Shown here one piece after another: positions 22,153 to 33,850 of a stretch of 38,545 nucleotides of DNA. A program made the position numbers and the translations under genes. Every line of letters begins with the position of its first letter. Within the stretch, counting starts at the first letter, position 1. The notes beneath the pieces were generated by a model. That model was not told the origin of the DNA, ran no database searches, and saw only the letters and a program-made list of their open reading frames with translations. Source of the DNA: Octopus sinensis (taxonomy: Eukaryota); the NCBI RefSeq assembly GCF_006345805.1, contig NW_021827526.1, forward strand, positions 1 to 38,545, written 5' to 3'.

Positions 22153-22324
22153 AATATTTAGACATAATTAAAATAATTTTTTTTTCATTTTGCTTAATGT
22201 CAGTTTAAAATGGTTTCTCTGTAGAAATACCTGAACTTGAACCTAACTCTTTTAACTCCTCAGAGAACAAAATATAATAAAGAAAAGATCAAATTTAATA
22301 TCACAGCAAGATTCGTCTATTATA

Positions 22325-22849
22325 CAATAATCCCTCGCCATATCGCGGTTTACCTATCACGCAATCAGTACATCGCGGTTCACTTATTGCGCACTCAGTA
22401 CATCGCGGATTTTTCTGGCTAACATATGTAGATTTATATCGCTGGCCCCTCAGTATATCGCGGGTTTTTGCGGCTGATAGGTATTTATGTTTTTACGCTT
22501 TAATTATTTCTGTGGTAAAATAAGTATTTTCTCGCCTAAAAACTAATAAATCAATAAATGAAAGTACAATACGGTACTGCACTGTATAACACATTAATTA
22601 AAATATATTAAAAGAATATACGTAGTGTACCGTAGATGAGGAAACACAGAATCGCTCATGCTGTATGGAAAACAAAACTTGGGAGGTGAGTGTGTGGTGG
22701 TGTTTTGCATTTATAATATAATAAATATATACAAATTATAAAAATAATTTTTTAAATATATACAGTACAGAACTGTTTCTACTTCGCGGATTTTCACATA
22801 TCGTGAGGGTATTTGGAACGTAATACCCGCGATAGTCGAAGGATTACTG
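22325..22849. mobile_element. pogo/Tigger-like MITE
   Basis: TIRs CAATAATCCCTCGCCATATCGCGG / CCGCGATAGTCGAAGGATTACTG; TA on the left flank (CA on the right); subterminal ATCGCGG repeats. Confidence 0.8.
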
Positions 22850-23506
22850 CATACAAAAGAATTGTTTTATTTCAACAGTTAAAAACATCAATTTGTACTA
22901 TTTCAATGACACTGTTAACAACCACCGCCGCCCCACCCACACACACACATATACATACACGCACACATTCACATACACACATACATACATAGATACACAC
23001 AAACATCTTCTCAAACGAAGAAAGCAGTCTAATTTTAATAAGCGAAAGTGTTGCTTTGAGAGTTACACAACAGCATTTCTGTCATTCTTTTGCTAGCGTT
23101 GCTAGACACAAAAACGCTTTGAAATAAGTTACATCAGAAACAATATATTTTCCTATATTCCAAAGTAACAGCTGGAGTTAGCCTTAAGCTGTGTGCGGAG
23201 CGATATCTATTACACCTGGCGGTTTAGGGCTTATGGTACTGCAAGACTGATTTCCAAAACTGGGAACGAGGAGAGAAAGTAGACTAAGCCGATGCTGTAT
23301 GTACCTGCTTATAAGCTAATTGCACAATATACGGAACGTCACAGCATCGGAATACAGGTGCTAACGTTAAACCTTAGTAATTATCAATTTTGCAGCGTAA
23401 TATGTGCTCGTTTTGAGCCCCGAAATTACAAGAAACGATGTGCTGGTAGAGACGGGGTTTGCATGGTCGTGCAAGAACTAGTGACACCCGAAGAATAAGG
23501 GGTTTT

Positions 23507-25034
23507 AAGGCGGTGAGCTGGCAGAATTGTTAGCACGCCGGGCGAAATGCTCAGCGGTATTTCGTCTGCCGCTACGTTCTGATTTCAAATTCCGCCGAGG
23601 TTGACTTTGCCTTTCATCCTTTCGGGATCGATTAAATAAGTACCAGTTACGCACTGGAGTCGATGTAATCGACTTAATCCGTTTGTCTGTCCTTGTTTGT
23701 CCTCTCTGTGTGTAGCCCCTTGTGGGTAGTAAAGAAATAGGTATTTCGTCTGCCGCTACGTTCTGAGTTCAAATTCCGCCGAGGAAGACTTTACCTTTCA
23801 TCCTTTCGGGGTCGATTAAATAAGTACCAGTTACGCTCTGGGGTCGATGTAATCGACTTAATCCGTTTGTCTGTCCTTGTTTGTCTTCTCTGTGTTTAGC
23901 CCCTTGTGGGGAGTAAAGAAATAGGTATTTCGTATGCCGCTACGTTCTCAGTTCAAATTCCACCGAGGTCGACTTTGCCTTTCATCCTTTCGGGGTCGAT
24001 TAAATAAGTACCAGTTACGCACTGGGGTCGATGTAATCGGCTTAATCCGTTTGTCTGTCCTTGTTTGTCCCCTCTGTGTTTAGCCCCTTGTGGGCAGTAA
24101 AGAAATAGGTATTTCGTCTGCCGCTACGTTCTGAGTTCAAATTCTGCCGAGGTCGACTTTGCCTTTCATCCTTTCGGGGTCGATTAAATAAGTACCAGTT
24201 ACGCTCTGAAGTCGATGTAATTGACTTAATCCGTTTGTCTGTCCTTGTTTGTCTTCTCTGTGTTTAGCCCCTTGTGGGGAGTAAAGAAATAGGTATTTCG
24301 TATGCCGCTACGTTCTCAGTTCAAATTCCACCGAGGTCGACTTTGCCTTTCATCCTTTCGGGGTCGATTAAATAAGTACCAGTTACGCACTGGGGTCGAT
24401 GTAATCGGCTTAATCCGTTTGTCTGTCCTTGTTTGTCCCCTCTGTGTTTAGCCCCTTGTGGGTAGTAAAGAAATAGGTATTTCGTCTGCCGCTACGTTCT
24501 GAGTTCAAATTCTGCCGAGGTCGACTTTGCCTTTCATCCTTTCGGGGTCGATTAAATAAGTACCAGTTACGCTCTGAAGTCGATGTAATCGACTTAATCC
24601 GTTTGTCTGTCTTGTTTGTCTCTCTGTGTTTAGCCCCCTTGTGGGTAGTAAAGAATAGGTATTTCGTATGCCGCTACGTTCTGAGTTCAAATTCTGCCGA
24701 GGTCGACTTTGCCTTTCATCCTTTCGGGGTCGATTAAATAAGTACCAGTTACGCTCTGAAGTCGATGTAATCGACTTAATCCGTTTGTCTGTCCTTGTTT
24801 GTCCTCTCTGTGTTTAGCCCCTTGTGGGTAGTAAAGAAATAGGTATTTCGTATGCCGCTACGTTCTGAGTTCAAATTCCGCCGAGGTCGACTTTGCCTTT
24901 CATCCTTTCGGGGTCGATTAAATAAGTACCAGTTACGCTCTGAAGTCGATGTAATCGACTTAATCCGTTTGTCTGTCCTTGTTTGTCCACCCTGTGTGTG
25001 TAGCTCCTTGTGGGCAGTAAAAAAAAATAAAAAT
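23507..25034 (+). repeat. Family C SINE-derived tandem array: one head plus 8 x 184 bp units
   Basis: Units start at 23557, 23741, 23925, 24109, 24293, 24477, 24659 and 24843; TSD AAGAATAARGGGTTWT (23491-23506 / 25035-25050). Confidence 0.95.
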
Positions 25035-25050
25035 AAGAATAAAGGGTTAT

Positions 25051-25165
25051 TCCGGATCTGAGTCTTGACTGTGAAAAGAAACGCAATGAGGCTAATAGTG
25101 CAAAACAGAAAGCCCGGCTGTTATTTGTGCTGCAGCAAGGACCATTTGAAGGCTTTCTGAGCGGA
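25051..25165 (+). mobile_element. Decayed LINE ORF1 zinc-knuckle fragment
   Basis: MRLIVQNRKPGCYLCCSKDHLKAF* fits CX2CX4HX4C with the last Cys mutated to TGA. Confidence 0.5.
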
Positions 25166-26306
25166 AGGACTTCAAAACTAGAAAAAATGGCCAAAAGAGA
25201 TAGCAATAACAACGAAAGCAAGCAACAGAAAGTGTTGCTCTCTAAGTCCCGCCGGTATAGGATAAAGAAATAGCAGAAGAGATTATCTCATTCTCTGTTT
25301 CAGAAAACAGCGCCACCTGTACCATGATATTAGCTATTAGCACCATCCCATTGTTTTGTGATGAGATGAACATGGAACATGAGTAGCAGAAGAAATAGGA
25401 ATAAACGAGAAAGTACAACTCTTCCCTCAAGATAAAATAGTGTACCCCAAAAGAAGGTTTTTTTTAAAGGGCTCTAAGGGAAGCCATCCACGATATAGCC
25501 AGGATTTCGTCGTCGTTAGAAAGACCATCAGCAAGGTGGCGTAAAAATCAAGTCAGACCACGAGGATAATGCGCTAACTTGAAGAAATGGACAAAAACAC
25601 CAAAGGAATTCGGAAAACGTAGATTATAGACTGATTGTGACAATCACAGTATGAGTCTAACATCCTTCGAAAAGCGCCTGCCCGGATAAGGTAGTAAGCG
25701 ACGTTTTCAGGCCACGCAGAAAATACCTTCAAACACGTTTTGGTGCATCAGTTTCCAGTGCATTGAAATGTGCTCTAACATAACGTTAGTGTGTGGGGGG
25801 TATGACCTTTTTTTTTTTTACAGTTTTTCTTATTTTAATGTTTTTTAAATTATAACTCATGGGATGCACACACAGAAAGACAGAATGGACTAAACAGGAC
25901 AGGAGACACGTGGGATGGAGAATTGCCGAAGAAGTCACAGGATGTGTGACGAAAGATTTCAGACGAAGGACACGAAAATAAGAACAAGAATAATAAGGCT
26001 GAAGAGAAGAACGAGTATATAGTGCGTGTGGGGGTATTTGGCAAAAAAGGGGGAAAATGGCCAACTCCAAATATAACAATGTAACTCATTAATTTAATTT
26101 TAATTATTTTATGCTGTTACAAAAAATATTTAATAGATCTCAATATATTGTACAAAGCCTATGTCGCAACAATCATTTTTAACATAACTTTCTATATTTC
26201 AATGCTTTAACATTTTTTTTAAATGGTTTTCGCATGTCTAAATGGATCTTCCAGACCAATGGATAGTAAGAAACGAACGTCTTACCACGCAACTACTCCT
26301 TCGTCT

Positions 26307-26530
26307 ACTCTTTTATTCTTTTACTTGTTTCAGTCATTTGACACTGTGGCAACGATGGAGCACCAGCTTTAGTCGAACAAATCGACCCCCAGGACTTATT
26401 CCTTGTAAGCCTAGTACTTATTCTGTCGGTCTCTTTTGTCGAACGGCTAAGTTACGGGAACGTAAACACACCAGGTTGTCAAGCAATGTTGGGAGGGGAC
26501 AAACACAGATGCACAAACATACACCCCCCC

Positions 26531-26565
<35 letters not shown>

Positions 26566-26730
26566 CCTATATATATGACGGGCTTCTTTTAGTTTCCATC
26601 AACCAAATCCACTCACAAGGCTTTGGTCGGCCCGAGGCTATAGTAGAAGAGACTCGCCCAAGGTGCCATGCAGTGAGACTGAACCCAGAACCATGTGGTT
26701 GGTAAGCAAGCTACTTACCACACAGCCACT
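26307..26730 (-). mobile_element. Family A SINE, near full length
   Basis: Collinear with the other family A copies. Confidence 0.92.
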
Positions 26731-26731
26731 T

Positions 26732-26764
<33 letters not shown>

Positions 26765-27139
26765 ATTAGTGACCACTCTCCGAACGCCCAAACCATGTCA
26801 TCGCTCTCTTTGTAAACGAAATTGAAACTTTCTCGATTTATTAACAGCTTCGTCACCCCTCCACCCGTGCCCTACCTCACCGGATCTATCACAGCTGAAC
26901 TCTACTTCCTATCATTGATGTCTATAAAAACATATGTTTCTGTTTCATGCAATTATATTGTTCTAATCTGTTTCTATTGTATCCTATCGTGTAATACAAT
27001 ATATCATTGTGCTTCGTTATGTTCTGTTGTCATTAGGTATTGTTAGTTTAAGGGCGGTGGCTGCCAGAACCGGTAAACCGGTAAACCGGCTGGAAAAAAT
27101 GTCTTTTGGTACATTGCTACGTTTGTATTTCGCCTTTTT

Positions 27140-27280
27140 ACTAGTTTTAGTCAGAAGACTGCGGTCATGCTGGGGCACCGCTTTTTAGGGGTTTACCCGA
27201 ACAAAATCGAGCCTAGTGTGATTTTTTTTTAAAGCCTGATACGTACTCTAGCGATCTCTGATTGCCGAACCGCTAAGGAA
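27140..27280 (-). mobile_element. Degenerate family A tail fragment
   Basis: GACTGCGGTCATGCTGGGGCACCGC...GCCGAACCGCTAAG. Confidence 0.65.
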
Positions 27281-27285
27281 ATATC

Positions 27286-27300
27286 TGGTGGTGATAATGA

Positions 27301-27331
<31 letters not shown>

Positions 27332-27945
27332 CATCGTGGTCGTTGTCGGCGTCATAGTGGTGGTGATGGTAGTGGTGGTGGTGGTGGTGGAGAGTGGTGG
27401 TGATGGTGATGGAGAAGGAGAAGGTGGTGGTGGTCATCGTGGTCGTTGTCGGCGTCATAGTGGTGGTGATGGTAGTGGTGGTGGTGGTGGTGGAGAGTGG
27501 TGGTGATGGTGATGGAGAAGGAGGAGGTGGTGGTGGTCATCGTGGTCGTTGTCGGCGTCATAGTGGTGGTGATGGTAGTGGTTGTGGTGGTGGTGAGAGT
27601 GGTGGTGATGGTGATGGAGAAGGAGGAGGTGGTGGTGGTCATCGTGGTCGTTTTCGGCGTCATAATAGTGGTGGTGGGGTGATGGTGGTGGTGGTGGGGT
27701 GATGGTGGTGGTGGTGGAGGTGATGGTGGTGGTGGTGGTGGTGATGGAGGTGGTGGTGTTGAGGTGGGTGTGGAGGTGGTGATGGAGGTGGTGATGGAGG
27801 TGGTGGTGGTCGTTGTCGGCGTCATAGTGGTGGTGGTGGTGGCGACGGTGGTCGTTGTCATCATCGTCGTCTTCGTAGTTGTCGACCTTCTAATCGAAAC
27901 GGAGGAAATCGTTTCCATTGGTGGTCGTGGTGTTGGTGGTGGTGC
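27286..27945. repeat. (GGT)-rich region with a ~103 bp minisatellite (about 4 units)
   Basis: GTCATCGTGGTCGTTGTCGGCGTCATA recurs at ~27330, 27433, 27536 and 27638. Confidence 0.9.
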
Positions 27946-28365
27946 TGGTTCTTTCTGTTAGTCGAACCTCACTGAAAAAAGAAACCCTTCTTAATCCGAA
28001 AATCTACAGAAACCACAACACCTCAAAATTACAAACCCTAAAAACCTTTTAAAATGTTTAGCGGCAAGTGTATTACAAAGAGTTTGGAAACGTCCACAAG
28101 AAAACCACCCGTTTCTGGGAGAGCAGAAAGGATGCTGCAGTGCAGGGATGGCTGTGTGGTAAGTAGCTTGTTTACAGTTGGATAGATAGACAAATATAAC
28201 AAAATAATTTGACAAAAAATGTGAATTTTTAATTATTTTCTGAGATTTTACAAAAACAACAAAAATATTATTAAAAAAAAACAAAAATAGATGTGTTTTT
28301 TTATTTTGGCAGTGAGTCAAACGTTTTGTTGAACGTTGGATAATTTTTCTGTTGGAATTGTTGAA

Positions 28366-28798
28366 GGATCTTTTCGGTTTGAACGGCAGTTTTTTAAAAT
28401 AATTTCCACGTAACTAAACACTTTTAAACTTCGTATACTGGTAGAATGTGTTTATAAAACATCTTTTTCTCTTGGCTTTATTGAGAAAATTCTATAGTTT
28501 GTAAGATATTTGTTGTTGTTTTTTCTATTCAATTTCTGCAATTTCAACCAATCAATGACGTCTATTGAGGTGAAAACATTCTGTGCAGTATGAATATGTC
28601 CCTCGTTTAAGAAACAGGTTGGGTTTATTTACATTTCTGAAGAAAAAAAAAGATACCCTTCCCCCCACCCCTAACCCTAACTAACCCTAACCCTAAAACA
28701 GATTTAAATGCAATAGATCGATACTATGGTCATAATTATGGGTGACAATTTCATATGACACCGCTAGAAAAAAACTGCCGTTCAAACCGAAAAGATCC
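28366..28798. mobile_element. MITE with ~30 bp perfect TIRs and 8 bp TSD (Merlin-like), containing (CCCTAA)n
   Basis: GGATCTTTTCGGTTTGAACGGCAGTTTTTT at 28366 and its reverse complement ending at 28798; TSD TTGTTGAA / TCGTTGAA. Confidence 0.88.
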
Positions 28799-28944
28799 TC
28801 GTTGAATGTATATTGTTGAATATTTTCGAACCTTGAAACTTTGAAAATTTTTGTGCTTTTTCTCGGTGACGGGAGAAAGTAATTGTTTGTGTAAAGACAT
28901 TTTTACAGTAGTGAACCGTCGAAATATTGAACTTATTAAAGTTG

Positions 28945-29386
28945 TTGTAGGATTTATTGTCGTGCACCCCCCCCCCCCCCGCCACCCAGCGGGGGGTGGG
29001 ATTTGAACTGTTATCCTCATTAAGAGGAAAGAAATATTATAGGTTTCCCATTTTTTGGGATATTCAATTTATTATTGCGTGAAAAATTTTATTGTAGCCG
29101 TTGTAGGCTCTATTGTGACACCTGCCCCTAGCGGGAGTGAGATTTGAACTGTTGTCCACGTTGTGAGAAAAAAAAAATTATAGGTTTCCCGTTTTAGGGG
29201 ATTCTGTATTTTTATTATTGCGTGGAAAAAAAAATTAATTTCGAACGTTGTAGGCTTTGTTGTTACGTCTTGCCTTCCAGCGGGAGTAGAGATTTGAACT
29301 ATTGTCCTCGTTGAGAGAAAAAAAGTAAAAAATTATAGGTTTCCCATTTTCTGGGATTAAATTGTGTATAAATTTATTTCGAACGA
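28945..29386. repeat. Three diverged ~150 bp tandem repeats
   Basis: AGCGGG..GATTTGAACT.TT.TCC...TTATAGGTTTCCC.TTTT..GGGAT recurs three times. Confidence 0.8.
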
Positions 29387-29709
29387 ATATGTCGGTCGAA
29401 ATAATTCAAGAAACAAACCAGCTGCATGAACCAGTAAAAATTTCGCGGCAGTAGCCGCTGTACCGTGTAAAAATGTAGTAATACAAACGGAGAAGCTCTC
29501 CGAGCTTTTTGAGAGAATGAAAGAGGAGGGTGAGGATATACAGATCTAACCCTCCCCTAGTGTTGAAAATGTGAAGAGAAGGACACATGTTTACAAAACG
29601 TACTGTCCTTCATCGAAGAAATTCAAGCACTTCGAAAAATGCGAAATAGAAAAATGCCTGGCCCCTATATGGAAAGATATAAAATACATAGCGAGGTGCC
29701 GGGCATATG

Positions 29710-30508
29710 TATTCAAGATAGCCAACAGTTAGAAAATAGAGGCTGCAATGATAGATAGCGATGAAGGAAATAGAAAAGCAACAGAAATCGTGAAACCGCT
29801 AAAATCTAAACTAAAATTAGAACTAGAGTGTACCGTTATAAAATCCTCACCTACGTGGCCAGTACTGCTAAAAGTTGAACAAGGTGGAAATGGAGAAAGA
29901 AAAATCGTAACACCGGTTGAGAAGTATAAGATTCAAAGATTGAAGTTTTGTTGATTGTAGCACAGAACTAAAACTTCCCAATAAGAATCGACTAAAGACA
30001 TGTAAAGAAGTAGAAACAAGTGATTGTAAAGCATATGGAAATTGGGAAGACGACATTAATAGTATTTCTTTTGGCTGCCCAGACTTAGCGAAGGAAAAAT
30101 ATATTCACAGACCTGACATTTGTGGGACTTTATACACAGGAAATTGTGCCAGCATTATGAAATACCAACAAAAAAGAGAGAGTATTGGCATTCACAGGAA
30201 TATGTCTCCGACAAGGGCAAAGCAACCATATTCTAGGATCAACCAATACACAGAGAGAGATCAATGCAAATCGTCCAGATATTGTTTTAAGAACCGCCAA
30301 GACAAAAAGTGTCTCTTAACAGGCGCAGGAGTGGCTGTGTGGTAAGTAGCATGCTTACCAATCACATGGTTGCGGGTTCAGTCCTACTACGTGGCACCTT
30401 GGGTAAGTGTCTTCTACTATAGCCTCGGGCTGACCAAAGCCTTGTGAGTAGATTTGGTAGACGGAAACTGAAAGAAGCCTGGCGTATATAAGTATATGTG
30501 TGTATATG

Positions 30509-30539
<31 letters not shown>

Positions 30540-31125
30540 TGTGTCTGTGTTTGCCCCCCCCCCCAAACATCGCTTGACAACCGATGCTGGTGTGTTTACG
30601 TCCCCGTAAGTTAGCCATTCGGCAAAAGAGACCGATAGAATAAGTACTAGTCTTACAAAGAATAAGTCCTGCTGGTCGATTTTCTCGATTAAAGGCGGTA
30701 CTCCAGCATGGCCGCAGTCAAATGACTGAAACAAAGTAAAAGAGTAACAGATCAATCAGTCCCAACAGATGACAGTATATCTCTAACAGAAATGAAAAAG
30801 CTGTCGAAATAGAATGGTCTGGAAACAGAGACAACTCGAATGTTGAGCCTGAAACCAGAGACAACTCCTATCATAATTAGCGCTTCGGGAGTGTTCAACA
30901 ACATGATGACAAGTCCATAAACAAAACCCAAGGAATTACAAATACAGTTTTAAAAAAATATAGAGGAAATAGCACTGGAAGGCACGTCACACGTTCTACG
31001 TAAAGCATTTTCAATACAGTAAAAAATAACAATACCAAAAACACGCCACTCGACGTATCCAAGCACATGCCCAGAGATGCGCTAAGAAATGCAATGAAAA
31101 CACGCAATAAGAATAAGCTATTGAG
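29710..31125 (+). mobile_element. Decayed Dong/R4-clade LINE 3' half (zinc knuckle plus restriction-like endonuclease), split by a SINE
   Basis: Frameshifted translation gives GCPDLAKEKYIHR, ATIF*DQPIH..INANRPDIV, QDKKCLL|DQSVPTDDSISL, TPIIISASG and EIALEGTSHVLRKAFSIQ*; the 3' UTR ends in (TAA)n. Confidence 0.82.
30322..30744 (+). mobile_element. Family A SINE, full length, inserted in the Dong/R4 LINE
   Basis: GGCGCAGGAGTGGCTGTGTGG head, ACCTTGGGTAAG CORE-like motif; short TSD TAACA(G) at 30317 / 30745. Confidence 0.93.
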
Positions 31126-31308
31126 TAATAATAATAATAATGATAATAATAATAATAATAATAATAGTAATAGTAGTAATAATAATAATAACAATAATAA
31201 TAATAATAATAATATTAATAATAGTAATAGTAGTAATAATAATAATAACAATAATAACAATAATAATATATAATAATAAAAATATAAATAATAATAATAA
31301 TAATAATA
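31126..31308. repeat. (TAA)n microsatellite
   Basis: Direct reading. Confidence 0.95.
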
Positions 31309-31747
31309 AATGAGCAAATAGGTAAATAAATAGTACAACTAAGATAAAAATTTAGCAATATAATCTGACTTTCACTTTTATAGCAGTTTTATTTATGGTC
31401 GTTATCACACTGAAAAACAAAACGTATCCACGTAAGATGCCTTCCAGATGGCATTGTTGAGTGGATTAGGATCTCGAGATATTTCTCAGCATTCATTATT
31501 CCATCGATGTTTACCAAATCCCTCTCCCCCCCCCCGCGCTCCGTTTCGCTCACAAATAACCGCAGACATTAATAGACTCATCTCCACGTTTGTACTTTCG
31601 AACATATTTCTTCCCGCTTTTCGTTCATTCTTCGTCTTACATAACATCTTCTCTCTCTGTTCTGAAATTTTTTCAGATTTAAATTTATCGCTCTTTTGCA
31701 TGTTCTCCAAAAATTCTGAGCTCCATTTTTTTTTTGTATTCTTGTTC

Positions 31748-32140
31748 TCTTTTACTCTTTTTACTCTTTTACTTGTTTCAGTCATTTGACTGCAGCCATG
31801 CTGGAGCACCGCCTTTAGTCGAGCAAATCAACCCCGGGACTTATTCTTTGTAAGCCCAGTACTTATTCAATCGGTCTCTTTTGCCGAACCGCTAAGTGAT
31901 GGGGACGTAAACACATCAGCATCGGTTGTCAAGCAATGCTAGGGGGACAAACACAGACACACAAACACACACGGGCATATATGTATATACGACAGGCTTC
32001 TTTCAGTTTCCGTCTACCAAATCCACTCACAAGGCATTGGTCGGCCCGGGGCTATAGCAGAAGACACTTGCCCAAGATGCCACTCAGTGGGACTGAACCC
32101 GGAACCATGTGGTTGGTTAGCAAGCTACTTACCACACAGC
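31748..32140 (-). mobile_element. Family A SINE
   Basis: Collinear with the other copies; head clipped at the junction with the RTE fragment. Confidence 0.92.
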
Positions 32141-32614
32141 AAGTCGCTTTTGCTTTACTCAACCATGACCTTCTCCTAGCAGTATTCTCTTCGTGGACGA
32201 AGGATGAACCTGTGTGCCGTAAGTTTGGGTGCGATGTACACGTGGAATGTGCAGAATCACCTCCCTCCGACAAGTCATCCTAACGAGACGTCTGCTTTGG
32301 CTGGGTCATGCTCTCCGTCGTCAACCAGGAGAATTCATCTACGAAGCAATTGCCCCATCTCCCCTTCAGGGTTGGCGAAAGCGATGTGGTGGACGACGAA
32401 AAACCTGGCTGATGACAGTCAAGGCTGATCTGGAACCCAACCTAGGCCCCCATGTCAACGGTGTTCGCCGCTGGAATAAGGAGTAGTTGGAGATCACGCG
32501 GTCGTTAGCCTCAAATCGCCAAGCTTGGTCTGCGTTTGTGAGAGATGTAGCATTGATGATGAATGAAGCCAGCTCAACCCACTCCGGGTGAATGCTGTCT
32601 CAAGACAAGTCAAG
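32141..32614 (+). mobile_element. 5'-truncated RTE-clade LINE (3' end of the RT ORF, pseudogenised)
   Basis: RRLLWLGHALRR...GWRKRCGGRRKTWLMTVKADLE..GVRRWNKE*LEITRSLASNRQAWSAFVRD..SSTHSG* (internal TAG at 32484, end at 32591); CAAG-repeat tail. Confidence 0.9.
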
Positions 32615-32899
32615 GAAGTTTGGGCCATATTTGAGGTGACAGTGGATATATTTCCTTTTAGATACCTAATATTGATTTCAGATACTTTGAGAGACCCTTC
32701 CCCACACTTAAACTTCAGTTACCCCGGTTTCTATTTTTCTCTTGAGAATATCGTGAATGCCACATCTTGAGACCTTAATGTTTATGTGTGCGAGTGTGTG
32801 TATGAGTGTATGCGTGTGTGAGGGGGAAATTGTGTGTGGGGAGCTGAAAATTATTCAGTGAACTTCATTGCCTTACATCTGGTTTTGCTACAGGTTTCA

Positions 32900-33529
32900 G
32901 TGCGCTTAGAGCGGAGTATGTGTGCATCACCTTTTAGAAAATCCGGGGAAGTTATAATGTGATGCATTAACACTCAACTCTGGAGATGGGGTCGAAATAT
33001 AATTGGGCATGAACCTATTTTGGTAATCCTAGTGACTTCGTTCTGTCCAGGCTTCAAAACCTATTGTCAAAAAAAAGTGGTACGGTATAAACCGAAGGTC
33101 ATATTGAGTATGTGATGGAATTTCGATGTGTGTTGCACTTTGAGCTTGTCCCAGATGATCATGTTGTGAACGCTAGGCTTCGTGCTCAACAACTGCAGTG
33201 AATATATAATGCTTTGAAAGCTCACTAACCGGCATTTTTCCAATTCAAGTCGCGCACTCCAATAGCAAGTCAATACCCCAGTACATACTGTCAATGTGAC
33301 GCTACAGTCCGGACCTTGCAGCATCAGATTACCATCTTCTCCGAGTCAGGCTTCATTTCCTGCATGAATGGAGGTTCAACAATGTAGATGAGGCTGAAAA
33401 CTATTGCAGGGAGATGTTTTTTTCAACAGAAAATAGAATATGACAAGACATGTTTTGATGAATAAACGCATTTTGTATGTAACCTGTATAAATAAGTTTG
33501 AAATCCCAAAAACGTTGTGACTCAACCTG

Positions 33530-33532
<3 letters not shown>
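32900..33532 (+). mobile_element. Decayed mariner (DD34D) transposase remnant
   Basis: KPKVILSM*WNF..VLHFELVPDDHVVNARLRAQQLQ*IYNALKAH*PA...ALQ*QVNTPVHT resembles the mariner catalytic region; TIR-like end near 33460-33532. Confidence 0.75.
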
Positions 33533-33579
<47 letters not shown>

Positions 33580-33589
33580 GTATATATTA

Positions 33590-33622
<33 letters not shown>

Positions 33623-33812
33623 ACATGTATGTATGTCCGTCTAAAAATCGGAATGCAACGTTTTAAATAAATAAAACGCATGATTTCTGCAGATATATAT
33701 ATATATTATATATAATATAATATATATATATATACAAACATATACACACATATATATATACATATACATACATATGTACGTTTACATATATATATATATA
33801 TATGTGTGTGTG

Positions 33813-33850
<38 letters not shown>

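Noticed and set aside
23557-25034. CRISPR-like regular array
   Set aside because: Units are near-identical over their full 184 bp with no unique spacers, there are no cas genes, and the context is a eukaryotic SINE.
28669-28696. Chromosome end or telomere fusion scar
   Set aside because: Only about 4 units, located inside a TIR/TSD-bounded MITE.
29400-29705. Possible Helitron RepHel N-terminal remnant (EKLSELF..., GPY..YKIH)
   Set aside because: The resemblance is too weak and fragmented to support without a profile search.
31486-31740. Protein-like minus-strand ORF (SSEFLENMQKSDKF...)
   Set aside because: The start lies inside a SINE tail, there are no convincing splice sites, and no family is recognised.
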